From Octopus vulgaris (lineage: Eukaryota), in the NCBI GenBank assembly GCA_951406725.2, contig OX597822.1:67394001-67458000 (forward strand): a stretch of DNA of 64,000 nt, written 5' to 3'. Shown here piece after piece: positions 44,021 through 59,939 of this stretch (positions are counted from its first letter, which is position 1; each line of letters starts with the position of its first letter). A program made the translations under genes and the position numbers. Below the pieces are notes generated by a model. That model saw only the letters and a program-made list of their open reading frames with translations, did no database searches and was not told where the DNA came from.

Positions 44021-44320
44021 ACAAAATATACCCTTCGATGTTTTATATGTGAGTAATACGTATTTCATATGTGTTTTACATGTGTTGTATATGTGATTTA
44101 GTATGCTATAATGAATCCGTAAAGATAACTTCCCAATCTCCATTTACACTTTCTTCTTTTATGGGAATACAAACTCTACGTTTTCATATATTTATACCTA
44201 TCATTTAAAGGAAATCAATATCCTAGAAATACCAGGTATTGAACCAATATTTCCTTGGATGAAACCATTCCTTCATGAAGTGAACACAACATTTAATCGA
44301 AGTATATTTATGTGTATATG

Positions 44321-44353
<33 letters not shown>

Positions 44354-44356
44354 GTT

Positions 44357-44407
<51 letters not shown>

Positions 44408-44413
44408 TGTATG

Positions 44414-44463
<50 letters not shown>

Positions 44464-44468
<5 letters not shown>

Positions 44469-44690
44469 TTGCGGCTAAAATGTCCAGAACGGCATTGTTT
44501 TCCTCAGAAAAGTAAGTATAAGATTTTTATCAAAGTAGTTTTATATTCTATAATTTTTACAGACAATAAATACGATATTAATTGTTATTGTCTGAGATTT
44601 TGGTGTAATTTGAGAGAATAATACAAAAGTTATGGATGATTTAGTGATTTACTGCAAAAGCCATGGCGGCCAAAATGATCAGAACGGTTG
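44464..44690. mobile_element. Probable single end of an IR/DR-type Tc1-like transposon
   Basis: After TA, the motif gcggctaaaatgtccagaacgg recurs as gcggccaaaatgatcagaacgg about 196 bp inward. Confidence 0.45.
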
Positions 44691-44692
44691 TA

Positions 44693-46920
44693 AGTTAGTT
44701 AGTTAGTTAGTTAATTTGGCTCAAAAGCAAATAGCAAGGCCATGTAGGGGGACATGGAGTTAAGTACAGGGTGGTGTTCATGTAAAGAGTTCAGGCCACT
44801 TGAGGTCCAGGGAGGCTTTGAACAAAGCGGTCGTCGGCATCTTCACCATCTCGTCTGGCAGCTTGTTCCACGGATCCGCAACCCGGACGGAGAAAGCTCC
44901 TCTCCTTCGATTGAGATGAAATCGTCGCAGGTAGAGCTTTTCGGAATGACCCCGCAGCCGACGCTTCGGAGCAGGAGTGAAGAACAGCTCTTTCGAGAGG
45001 TTACACTTCCCGCTTATGATGTTGTGGGCGAGAATGAGATCACCACGGCGGCGGCGTTTTTCAAGAGAATAAAGGTCGAGCGTCCTCAGCCTTTCTTCGT
45101 AGGACAAATTTTTGAGACCATGAACCAGGCGGGTAGCCAGCCTCTGGACTCTTTCGAGGTGCTGTATGTCTTTGAGGAGATAAGGAGAAGAGGCTTGAAT
45201 CCCATACTCCAATATGGGTCTCACCAGCGTGACATAGAGTGGCAGGAATATGGCTGCTGTGAGCATTCCGAATGACCGTCAAATCAAAAACAGAATTCCG
45301 CGCGCTTTGTTGGCAGCATGGACGCACTGGGCCGAAGGCGAAAAGGAGGAATCCACCAAGATACCCAGGTCCTTTACCTGATCGGTCCTCTCCAGCAGCA
45401 GACGACCCGGCTCGAAATCAAGTTGAGTTGCAGGAGTAGAGCCGACAGGCAGATGACAGCACTTTGACACGTTCAGACACAGGTCCCAATCGTTAGACCG
45501 CTTCCAAATTTGGTGGAGGCATCGACGAAGATCCTCTATACTACCGCGAGGAGCGACCAGTTTGATATCGTCGGCAAATAGAAATGTGTGTTGCGTGAGG
45601 TCGTCGGGCAAGTCATTTATGAAGACTAAGAACAACAAGGGCCCAAGCACTGAACCTTGAGGCACGCCACTGCTCGCACTGGAGACGTCGGACCGCGAAC
45701 CATTAACTTGAACTTGGAAGGAGCGATCTGAGAGGAAGGCACCAACCCATCGTACAATATCCGGATGGAAACTATATGCTTGAAGCTTGACAAGTAGTAG
45801 GCGGTGGTTTACCGAGTCAAAAGCTTTGGCAAAGTCCAATAAAACGATGTCAACAGCATCACTATCATCGAGGATGCGCGTCACCAATTCTTCCATTACT
45901 AGTAAGTTGGTCAAGCATGATCTCTTCGGCACGAAGCCGTGTTGGGAATCAGTGATCGAGGCTGTGCTTAGGAGGTGGAGCATCATACTTTTCTTAAGGA
46001 TGGTTTCGAACATCTTGCTGATTATTGATGTAAGGGAAACCGGTCGGTAGTTAAGCGGGTCTTCGCGGCTCCCTTTCTTGAAAATTGGGCAGATTATCGC
46101 TGTTCTCCAGTCTGCAGGTATAACACCCGTCGCCAATGACATATTGAATAGTCGTGTTAAGGGCTCGCAGATGACCGGAGCCAACGCTTTGATAACCCGT
46201 GGGTGTATGCCGTCAGGGCCGTGACCCTTGTTGACATCGAGGCCTTGAATAACACGTTTGACTTCGTCCCGCGTGATGATCAATCGAAGCATTGGAGGTA
46301 CCGATCTATCAAATGGAGGGGGTTCACGACCATCATCTTGTTTGAAAATAGTTGAAAAAGCCTCGGCAAATAATTGACTCTGTTGATAAGGGTCCTCAAT
46401 CGATGCGCCTGTTGAGTCTACCAATGTTGCAATCTGGTTGTTCAAGCGGGAATTCCGCTGGACATGGGCAAAGAAGGTTTTTGGATTGCTACTGGCATTT
46501 GCCTCAATTTTGTATTCATAACTGAAGCGTTCTTTCTTTTCAATTTTCACGGCTCGGTCTCGTTGAGTTTTGTACACCTCAAAAGCTGCAGTCGAATCCA
46601 GATTTTTGATTTAAGCCCAAGCAATATCTCTGAGTCGACGTTCTCGTTTAACCTTCTTCGTCACCCAGGGCTTGTGTTTCTTCCTCTTGGAAAGTCCAAC
46701 GGGAACTGTCTGGTCAGTCAAACAGATTACATATGCTTTGAGGGATGACCATAGTTCGTCAACTGAGGACAACGTCATCAGGGAACGCCAGTCCAGAAGC
46801 GCGGAAGCCTCGGTTGGAATTTCAAGATTAATTGCAGAGAAGACTCTACGTGGCAGCGAAGTAATCGTGGGCGTGGAAAAAGTTGTGTGCATGACGAACT
46901 TCAGGACCGCATGATCACTC
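44693..46920 (-). mobile_element. 5'-truncated CR1-group LINE, young; ORF2 from the end of the APE domain (SDH) through RT to the C-terminus
   Basis: One reading frame 46920-44778 broken only by in-frame stops at 46611-46613 and 45279-45281; motifs GPDGI, NYRPVSLTS, QHGF, LDFAKAFDSV, GVPQGSVLGP, FADD; (TAAC)n tail. Confidence 0.97.
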
Positions 46921-46938
46921 CGAAAGAAGCCCGTCGTA

Positions 46939-47002
<64 letters not shown>

Positions 47003-47223
47003 TGTGTGTGTGTGTTTGTGTGTCTGTGTTTGGTCCCCTAGCATTGCTTGACAACCGATGCTGGTGTGTTTATGTCCCCGTTACTTAGCGGTTCGGCAAA
47101 AGAGACCAATAGAATAAATACTGGGCTTACAAAAGAATAAGTCCCGGGGTCGAGTTGCTCGATTAAAGGCGGTGCTCCAGCATGCCGCAGTTAAATGACT
47201 GAAACAAGTAAAAGAGTAAAAGA
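46921..47223 (+). mobile_element. SINE family A 3' half abutting the LINE 5' end
   Basis: Starts at gaaagaagcccgtcg and runs to the tail. Confidence 0.9.
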
Positions 47224-47329
47224 ATATATATATATATGATAATAAGATAAAGTACACTTGTAATTTTGATAAAATATATTCATGGAGAAGGGGCTGTGTG
47301 TAGAAATGTTGGTAAACATCATTTTATGG

Positions 47330-47720
47330 GCATTTGCCGAGTGTTTTGTATAGACATGTGGTATGTGCTACTATAACCGACTGTGTATCTACTTGAATAT
47401 ACTTGTATTTATTCATTTATCGTACAGATGTACCTTGTTTTAGTTATATGTGCCTTTGTATGTCTTCAGACATATATGTTTGAGAATTTGTGTAAGAATT
47501 TTGGTTGCGTTTTCTCATTCATGAACATTCTCACATTGCATTTTTAACTCATATACTAAGTATGACGACGTATATTTATGTATTTTGAAGGAAAGGTAGA
47601 TTGGTGGGGCTGAAAAGTATTATAAAGTATACGTTTACTAAGGTTCTGTAGTGGAGCTTGTAAAAGATTGTTCGGGGAAGTAGATAGAAGATATGATTAT
47701 ATAAAATGAATAGTATTTTC
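47330..47720 (-). mobile_element. Decayed Penelope-like element GIY-YIG endonuclease relic
   Basis: Frame 47577-47476 reads KYTSSYLVYELKMQCENVHE*ENATKILTQILKH, resembling CTSxNVVYxIxCxxCxxxYxGETxxxLxxRxxxH. Confidence 0.5.
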
Positions 47721-47966
47721 TCCTCAACAAAATCTAGAGAGGAAGCCATCAAAAGCCATCAAAACCTCATTTAAACCAATCTATCATAGTAAAGATCACA
47801 AGCCAATCCCAACCCATGTGTTAGCAGGCAAGCGGCAAAGAAGAGTGCTTATAGACTACAACACAGCTGAGCTACACGTGTTGAGTTTTATGTAAGTTTA
47901 AAGAAAGGCGAGCCCGCACACAATATAAGTTCTTTTGCACATACACATATACGTATATATATATGC

Positions 47967-48050
<84 letters not shown>

Positions 48051-48732
48051 GTATGTATATATGCATATATGTGCGTATTTGTGTGTGTATATACATTCTT
48101 TTATCCTATTATTCTTTTATTTGTTTCAATCATTTGACTGCGGGGATCTAGTTATTTTTCATTCGCAAAGTATTCAGTTTTTAAAAGAAAGTAAAAAATA
48201 TGAAAATTGGCTATAATAATGTGGTCTTCCAGTTACATTGCTATGAAGGTATGATGTTATAGAATTTGATGTTACAGAGGTTTATATATGATGTTACAGA
48301 GGTTTAAAAATCGGAAAAACTCTGTATTTTGAGCCAATAGCAAGACAGAAATTTTCTGCGGTTAGCGGATTGGTGTCAACTTTGAGGTTGTACACTGTGA
48401 AATTTATAGTTTCACGTCTGTGACATGACCTGTTCATTGTAGATTTCTATATAAACAGAAATGACTAATAAAATCAATATGTATCATTTTCCTGTTTCTT
48501 TTGTCTCCATATTGATTGTATGTTTTTATTATTTTTTAATTTATCTTTATATATTTGTCTACATGTTTTTATTATTTTTTTAATTTGTTGTATTAATATA
48601 TTTGTCTGTATGTTTTTAATTTATGCGTATTTCAATATTATGTATGCCTGTCATGTATTTGTGTACATAAGTGCGTGTGAATGTATGTATTCATATATAA
48701 TTTTATATGTATATTAATGTATAATGTATTCA

Positions 48733-48772
<40 letters not shown>

Positions 48773-49244
48773 GGGGACGTATCTCCAAAACTCTAAAGTT
48801 GAGTAACGTTTTCAGGCTTAGATTTGTAAACTAAGATAAGAATAACACTGGTCAACAACTAACACACAGAAACACAGAAAAAATATGTAATAAAATAACA
48901 CACAGAAAAATTAAAACAAAACACGTGGGTGAAAAGAATCTTGTAGTGTGAAGAATCAAGTGTAAAAAATCAACATAGGCAACAGCAGCACAGACAAAAT
49001 TCAACCACAACACAGCGTGCGGTTGTCATGGTAACAAGACGCTAATGCCACGCTGTCTGCTGATTGGCTAAAATTACCCAAATTTCCCAACTTAAATTAC
49101 AAATAACATCAGGTTTTTTAATTTACGAGATAAAGTAATTGGTTGATCGTAATTAAAAGTCGGAGTTTCATCGATACATCAAAACTGAAAGCAATCTGAG
49201 CAAAATTAAATGGGGCTCATTTTGCAAATAAAAAAGACTTGATC

Positions 49245-49443
49245 CGACTGCGGCCATGCTGGAGCGCAATCTTTAGTCGGGCAAATAAACCCAGAACTGT
49301 GTAAGCGTAGTACTTATTCTATCGGTCTCTTTTGCTGAACCGCTAAGTTACGGGGACGTAAACACAATAGCATCAGTTGTCAAGCAATGTTGGGGGGGAC
49401 AATCACAGGTACATTAATATATACACACACACATACACACGTG

Positions 49444-49488
<45 letters not shown>

Positions 49489-49645
49489 GACGGGCTTCTT
49501 TCAGTTTCCATGTACCAAAACCACTCACAAAGCTTTGGTTGGCCCAAGGCTATAGTAGAAGACACTCGCCCAAGGTTTCATGCAGTGGGACTGAACCCAG
49601 AGCCATGAAGTTGGTAAGCAAGCTACTTACTACACAGCCACTGCT
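49245..49645 (-). mobile_element. SINE family A
   Basis: Matches other copies. Confidence 0.88.
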
Positions 49646-49733
49646 GCGCTTTGTATATATATATATATATATGTGTGTATGTGTGTGTAGGTGTGTGTAT
49701 GTATGTATGTGTGTGTGTACATATATATATGTA

Positions 49734-49782
<49 letters not shown>

Positions 49783-49786
<4 letters not shown>

Positions 49787-49993
49787 GTAATATAATATGT
49801 GACAATTATTCGGGTGCCATAACACTCCGAGTTTCGGATTTTGGGCTGGAAACGTGGTCCGGCATCTCTTCAGCTGAGATTTTCATAGCATATTTTGATA
49901 GCCACGATAACTGAAAAGATGCCGAGGCAGGTTTCCGCCCTAACATCGGAGTTTTATGTCAACCGAATAATTGTCACATATTATATTACAGAT
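49783..49993. repeat. Fold-back element with a degenerate hammerhead in each arm
   Basis: atctgtaatataatatgtgacaattattcgg mirrored by ccgaataattgtcacatattatattacagat. Confidence 0.85.
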
Positions 49994-50261
49994 AAATTCC
50001 TCTGTTTACATATCGAAGTCTCTTTCATTCTTTTGTATTTTTACCAGACTTAAGAATATAAAAGCTTTGATCGATTTCTTCGACTATGCCATTTAGAACG
50101 GTGCTCCAACATGGCCACAGACTCTTGTTTTCATTTATATATACAATAATGATAATAGCCTTTATGAATCATGTCATGTTCTTTATCATAATATTCTTGA
50201 TGATTACTCATAAACGACATAATCAGTATTACAGTTCTATATTCAAGAGGTGAGGAATTAT

Positions 50262-50389
50262 GTACATTATATATATTATTTACATTTGATGGATATTTGT
50301 CCTCATCTTGTTTGTTCTTAACGCAACGTTTCATCAGGTGTCTTGGGGAAATTTCTAACCTGGGTTCTCATTCCTAAGGTATTTTTCTG

Positions 50390-50451
<62 letters not shown>

Positions 50452-50538
50452 CCGTGACATATAGCGTAGTGGTTAAGAGCGCGGGCTACTAACCCCAAGA
50501 TTTCGAGTTCGATTCCAGCCAGCGACCTGAAAAGTAAA

Positions 50539-50634
<96 letters not shown>

Positions 50635-50778
50635 AATAACAACAACAACAACATCGAAAAATACCTTAGGAATGAGAACCCAGGTTCGAAATCACCCCCA
50701 GACACCTGATGAAACGTTTTGTTAACAACAAACAAGATGAGGACAAATATCCGTCAAATATAAATATTGTAAATAATG
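50262..50778. mobile_element. Inverted-repeat element with a central tRNA-like head and hammerhead remnants in both arms
   Basis: Arms 50262-50387 and 50656-50778 are reverse complements; both contain gacacCTGATGAAACGTT. Confidence 0.75.
50454..50527 (+). pseudogene. tRNA-like SINE head or tRNA pseudogene
   Basis: Box A tagcgtagtgg, anticodon-arm-like gcggg-ctactaa-cccca, box B gagttcgattcc; acceptor stem does not pair. Confidence 0.7.
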
Positions 50779-51318
50779 AAATCTGTATTATTTCAAAATA
50801 GCTTTCTGTATATCTAACTTAACGTTGGTACTCCGTAGAAAGCAACATGACTGCGTTTTTTCGTTTCCAGATAGCATCTCGTACTGAGATATAGTTTTAA
50901 AAAAAGCACTGATGAACATTCGTAATGATGTTTATGATAGCGAACACGATAAGGAGCATAACGAAAAGCAATCGTGATGATATTCACAAAGAACACCACA
51001 ACGACCGCCATGTAAATGAAAGTCGATAATATACATCGACCTCTCTTTTGAAGTATCTGGTATTTCAGTTGAGGAAATAAAAGCTATAACTAGTTTCCAA
51101 TTATAATTCTCAAAAGGAAATAAGTGGCAAACCACTTTATAATAATTAATATATGAATTTAAAGTAGCATTTGCCAAACTGATAATTTATCTATTTACGA
51201 TGCAATTTTATAGTTTAACTTATTACAAGCAGATATATTGTGCATAATTGTTGTACGCTAATTGCTATAGCTAGTTATAGCTATATTCCTGTTGGGAATT
51301 ACCCAAGTATCATATCGT

Positions 51319-51551
51319 TATTTCTTTATTGCTCACAAGGGGCTACAAACAGAGGGGACAAATAAGGACAGACAAACGTATTAAGTCGATTATATCGACC
51401 CCAGTGCGTGACTGGTACTTATTTAATCGACTCCGAAAGGATGAAAGGCAAAGTCGACCTCAGCGGAATTTGAACTCAGAACATAAAAACAGACGAAATA
51501 CCGCTTAGCATTTCGCCCGGCGTGCTACCGTTTCTGCCAGCTTACCGCCTT
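51319..51551 (-). mobile_element. SINE family B, full length, with 13-bp flanking direct repeat
   Basis: tacccaagtatca at 51300-51312 and 51555-51567. Confidence 0.9.
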
Positions 51552-51634
51552 AAGTACCCAAGTATCAAATTCTGACCTGTGTAGCACTATTTTATGCAGA
51601 ATGCATAAAGTTGTTTGTGATATGACTGTAATAT

Positions 51635-51840
51635 TCCTTTCTACTAAAACCACAGGGGCTGGCATTTTGGTGGAGTTGGCCAGTCGGTTACATCGACGCA
51701 GGTACTTTTTTTATAGACTCCGAAAAGATAAAAGCAAAGACGAACTCAATGGAATTTAATCTCGGAACGTAATACCAGAAGGAATACTGCTAAATATTTT
51801 GTCCTTTGTACTAACGACTCTGCCCGCCGATCACCGCCAA
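51635..51840 (-). mobile_element. SINE family B, diverged
   Basis: cgaaaagataaaagcaaagacgaactcaatggaattt. Confidence 0.65.
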
Positions 51841-52850
51841 CGATATGAATTTAATGATACCTACTGACATATGTTCCTAGATATTCAACTATGAATGAAA
51901 AGGTGGCCTTTATATCCACCTCAACGTCGACGTCTTGCTAGAACTCCGAATATTGTGTTATTAGGCTTGAAATAACCACCCACCTAGGCGCCTGACGCCC
52001 ATAACAGACGATTTTCGTTTGTTATGATGTATGGGTGCGATTTTATGCACCCAGCGCCTATACAAGAATTTCTTTCAGGGTTAATAATACAGTATACGGT
52101 TTTCTAACAGGACATCCATGTTAAGTTGGATATTAATATTGCGTGTTGATACCAATGCTGCTCCAGACACTGATAATTAATTTACGAATGAAAAATATTG
52201 TTGTTACAATAAATTTAAATAGGATGATTGATAGTGGGTTCAACAGAATTAAGATATTGAAAGCAGCGATCTATTGAAAAAAAGTATGCAACAATAATGA
52301 ATAAATAAAAAAATAGATAATTAAAAATAATTGTTTTTAATTGTAAATAACAATGAATTCGTAAATTTCACGAATCAACAATTGTGACATTATCGAGACC
52401 AGCAGGCTGAAAATGAACATCCGAACAACAACATTTCAGACTGCACAAGGATGTAAGTAGCGAAAATACATCGTACGTTTTACAGAGACTGTCTTCCGGG
52501 TTCGTATGAAGAATAAAGAACAAATGCGACTCCAGAAATATTTAAACAGAGATTATGAACATAACAAAATACTACAGCCGTTTTGCCTGGCATTTTACTG
52601 ACTTTTACATCAACTAATTATACAATAATAATGATAGTTTTTACTGAAAGCACAAAGCTAAAAATTCGCTGAAATTTGTTTCATCAAGACAATTATACCG
52701 AAACTAGTACTCCAGTGGTGCATTACTTTATTATATACTGATGTATGTGTGCTTGTAGTGCGCGTCCTGGCATGTATGCGTGCATATGCATGTACGTGTG
52801 AGTACCCGACAGTATATATATACACATACATACGTACATACATACATACG

Positions 52851-52886
<36 letters not shown>

Positions 52887-52986
52887 TATATATTGTTTTT
52901 TCGTTGTTAAAAAAAAGTCCGTTTCCTTGTTTGATTTTATGTTTTCGTTTCTCGTTGTGTTCTACGTTTATTTGTGGTGTCCTGCA

Positions 52987-53046
<60 letters not shown>

Positions 53047-53185
53047 TGTATATACACATGTAGATGTAAGTATGTACATATATGTATGTATATATGGATA
53101 TATTTTATTTATTTATTATATTGTTATTATACGACCGAACGCACGCGTTATTTCTCTATTTCTCTTCTCCAAGTGAGTTTTTATT

Positions 53186-53279
<94 letters not shown>

Positions 53280-53280
53280 T

Positions 53281-53637
53281 CGGAGACGCAATGGCTCTGA
53301 GGTTAGGGCAGCAGACTTGCAGTCATAGGATCGCGGTTTCCATTCCCATACCGGGAATTGTGAGTGTTTTTTGAGCGAAATCACTTAAAGTTCCACGAGG
53401 CCCCGTGTGGGGGTTAACCCTGCTGTACTCTTTCACTACAACTTTCTCTCACTCTTTCTTCCTGTTTCTGTCGTACCTGTATTTCGAAGGGCCAGCCTAG
53501 TCACACTTTGTGTCACGCTGAATCTCCCGAAAACTACGTTAAGGGTACACCTATCTGTTGAGTGCTCAGTCACTTGAACGTTAAGTTCATGAGCAAGCTG
53601 TTCCGTTGATCGTATCACTTTGAACCCACATCGTCAA
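53281..53637 (+). mobile_element. tRNA-derived SINE related to the third family
   Basis: tRNA-like head; 3' part tgtgtcacg...aaaactacgt...gtgctca is shared with 29680-29800. Confidence 0.7.
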
Positions 53638-53663
53638 TATATATAAGTGTGTGTGTGTGTGTG

Positions 53664-55581
<1,918 letters not shown>

Positions 55582-56423
55582 TACTTGCATATATATGAAT
55601 TGGGGGTGTTGTAGCCAAAGCATTTGCAATACCGGAAATCAATAGTGTGTCAATCTGTACGCAAACCAAAGTGGAAATCAACAGCACAAGTACCTAAATG
55701 GGAACCCGATTTAGCATCCATGATGTTGTGAAGGATGTAAAGACTGAGCATAACAAAAGAGTTCGAGAAGAAAAATAGCGTTTCATACAAACATGTATAT
55801 ATGTGTGTATATATACATATATATATACATATATATATACATATACATATATATATATACATATACATATATACATATATATATACGTATATATAAAATT
55901 ACATATATATGTATATATATACACATATATGTATGTATATGTACGTATATGTATATATATATACACACGCATATATTTATATGAATATATATATATCTAT
56001 ATGAAAACAGAAGACATTATAGATATGAATTATATGTGCTCGTTTGTATGTAGGCATTTGTATATATGTATATATATATATCTGTGAGTAGATATATGTA
56101 CAGAATTACATACGCGCACACACATATATACATATACACGCACGCATATATATATACCTATACATATATGCGTGTGCTTGTGTGTGTGTGTTTGTGTGTG
56201 TGTGTATGCGTGTATGTGTGTGTGTGTTTGTGTGTGTCTACATATATACATATCCATGTGTTTTTGTTTGTGCGTGTATGTGTCTGCATCTGACATCCAG
56301 TATGTGTCAGCGAGATGTTTATCGGAGAAAAGAATTTCAGGAAAGCATACATCAGACAATTTAACATCATATACATGTGCGTGCCACAGTGTGTGATATT
56401 TGTGAGTGTGTCTGTGTATGTGT

Positions 56424-56459
<36 letters not shown>

Positions 56460-57016
56460 GTGGGTGAAAGCAGGTTTATGATTGGGCGCATGCGTATGCG
56501 TTTCAACTTGTTCGGCAAGTGTAATTTAATGATGATAAGCCATATGTGTTTACATACATTGTAGATATATATATATATATATAATTTTTCCGACTGCGTG
56601 TCAGAGATGTTATACTCTGACACGTCTACACCGAAAGTTCCCTACATTCAACTTGTCTGCTTTAATTAACTAAACAGCATTATTTTATGATTTCTTAGTA
56701 TCTTTTCTCTACTTACATGTACAATACTATTAAGTTTGCACATAAACAACCACGAGAGTGTGTGTCTGCAGATAAATAGCTACGATATACATAAACATGA
56801 TATTCATATATATACATACAAATAGACACACACACACACACATACATATATATATGTGTGTATATGAATATATATATATATGTATATATATATATATTAT
56901 ATATATATATTTATATATATATATGTATGTATGTATGTATGCATGTATGTATATATGTATATGAATATTTCTACATGTATATTCATATACATATGTTTAC
57001 GTATATGGATATACAT

Positions 57017-58290
57017 ACAGGGATTGAGCAAATTAATAGAAACACCTTGTTAAATGGAACTTCTGTTATTGAATACGAAGTTTGTTCAGTTTTGACATCA
57101 TCACAGCGTTAATACATCGTGGAATTTACTTATACATGTTCTGAACGGTTGTCAGAGGAATTTTAGGCCATTCTTCAAATGAAACATGCTATAGCTCTTT
57201 TAGCGGCGGTGATGGACGGATGCGGCTGGAAGGTTGCAGTTCCATAGAGTATTATAAATGCTCGATTATATTTAGATCCAAATATTCATAGAGGCAAGAG
57301 AGACAATCCAAGTGGTCTATTTTGAAACTCTTACCAGCGACAGAAGCAATATTAATAAGGAAAGGCAATATTTATCCCCGTTTAAAAGTGTATACTGTTG
57401 TAGGTCACAAAATATTATGATAGTTACCATCAAAGAAACACTTATGTTGGATTCCGGTACATATTGGATTCTTGTTTATAAATTCCCCGCCAACGTCTCT
57501 ACCTGGACAACCAGATCACGCATCTCTTACCAAAATTTGAAAAACTTTAGCCGTGTAAATCGACTCATTATCGCCCTGAAAGATTGTGTTCTTATCAGGC
57601 AACAAAGCAGAAAACCACCCAAAGTACACAGATCAATTTTGATATTAATTCTGCTATATAGAACAACTAAAGGGTCAAGGAAATCCCTTGATAAGGCTTT
57701 CAAATCATCATACATCCATCTCCATACTTCATGTTAGGAGGGTCAAACTGTCAGAGTTGAAGTATTCTTTTGGCTGCCTAAAACACAAACTTCTCCCGAA
57801 ACGGGTGAAAAGGTGAATCATGATACATTAGAGAAGATGACATTATTACACTGAGGCATTTATCTCTTCTGATAGTCTTTTTTTTTTTTCGAGTATTAAT
57901 GTTGATGGGTGACAGGAGAGGTTCATCAGTGACAAACCTTCCCTTAGTATCCGGCTTTATGGAAATCACGACAAGAGTTGGCAAGGTGGTGGTTATCTCT
58001 GATGTCACTTTTGCTACCGTACTTCGATGGGTTTTAAACACAAATAGTTACCCTATTCTGCTGATTGTCTCTCCAAGCTTTACCTTCAGTCCAGAATTTT
58101 GACGCCAACATGAAATTTTAGAGATTTTATCGGACAAAACTTTCGAGAATTCAGCAGTTTTAGTGAGTGAAGCTCCAGTCATCCAAGCTCCAGCAATTTA
58201 TCCTCACTGGAAAATAGATAGGTCATGCATTTTAATTAATTCAAACACAAAGATATCAAAAAGCAAGACACGCAGACGGATATATTATGG
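57017..58290 (-). mobile_element. Decayed Tc1-like transposase element
   Basis: Minus-strand remnants VIFSNVS*FT (near 57810-57845) and DLNIIEHL (near 57255-57280); terminus ta-cagggattgagcaaattaatagaaacacc; far end uncertain. Confidence 0.65.
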
Positions 58291-58399
58291 AGTATAAAAA
58301 TTACATAATGCATATAAATGCAGAAAAAACATATTAAAATTATTGAATTAGTCATATGCTTCCATTAGCATCCCAGCCCTGAGTATATATATATATATA

Positions 58400-58690
58400 T
58401 ATAATACAAAAGGGACAAGAACGCAAAACATCTGGACAACTAGGTGAAACAAAAAGGGACAACAAAGCATCCAGATAGACGATACAAAAAAACAAGGACG
58501 GGTCATTCGAAGCTTTTTATCCTCAGTCAAGAACCGGATCATCCTCGCAATTTCGACTGATTAATCTTGAGATTGCTCAAATCTGGCCAGCCCCAAGGAA
58601 AAAATAAGCTAAGAGCATTAGATTCCTTGGAAGATCGTCTGTTTTTCCGTCCTTGTTTTCGTATACTTTCGATGCTTTCTTCCAAGTACA
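58400..58690 (-). repeat. Second copy of the 3095-3400 repeat
   Basis: Reverse-complement similarity. Confidence 0.7.
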
Positions 58691-58703
58691 TACTTGCAGA
58701 TAA

Positions 58704-59090
<387 letters not shown>

Positions 59091-59802
59091 CATACATACA
59101 TACAAAGATACATACAAATATACATACAGACATGTGTGTGTAATTGTTCATATATGTACGTATTTATGTAGGTGTGTACGTATGCATATGCGTAGTATAC
59201 ACAATGAAACGTAGAAAAGTACCTCACGATGTTCTTATAAATACAAATACATATTATATCACCAGACCTAGGTTTAAATATCGTACTTCTTTACAGAATT
59301 CATTAAAAATACAAAAATTTGAACAGTCCTTTTCTTTTTGTTTTGTTTTGGTTTTGGTAAGGAAGCACAAAAAGATACAAAACGATTCGAAAATAAAAAG
59401 AATTATTTCTTCCAGAAATCGTTCATCTGTCATTCAGTTGAACATTTGAAATCATAATGAATTATTAAAAGATATTAAAGATCGCATTGAATTCTTAAAG
59501 AATCTTTATAAATTCGTGTGTTAGAAAATGTATCAAATTTAATTTTCGTATTTAAGTTTACATGATTATGCAATAGATTCAATAAATAATAATAACAATA
59601 TTTGCATCAATATGCAAATATTGGATATAGAAAGACAAAGCAAGAAATAAATACACAAAAATATAAATACATGTGGAACAACTCTCACCGAACTTCTGTA
59701 TTATTTAATATATAGCAGATTCCAGAAATTGCATCATGAATATATTGTATACATGTGTGTGTGTGTGTGTGTGTGTACATGTGTGTATATTATATATATA
59801 CG

Positions 59803-59848
<46 letters not shown>

Positions 59849-59939
59849 GGAGAATTCACAAAAGAAAAACAAAAGACGAAGATATGTGATATAGACAACA
59901 AACAGATGTATTAGTATAACGCTCGGAAAGTGAAAAAGT

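Noticed and set aside
43259-47223. Single SINE A split by the LINE
   Set aside because: The two halves overlap at the gaaagaagcccg region, differ in divergence and are separated by unrelated sequence
50454-50527. Functional tRNA gene
   Set aside because: Acceptor stem does not pair; embedded in a repeat element
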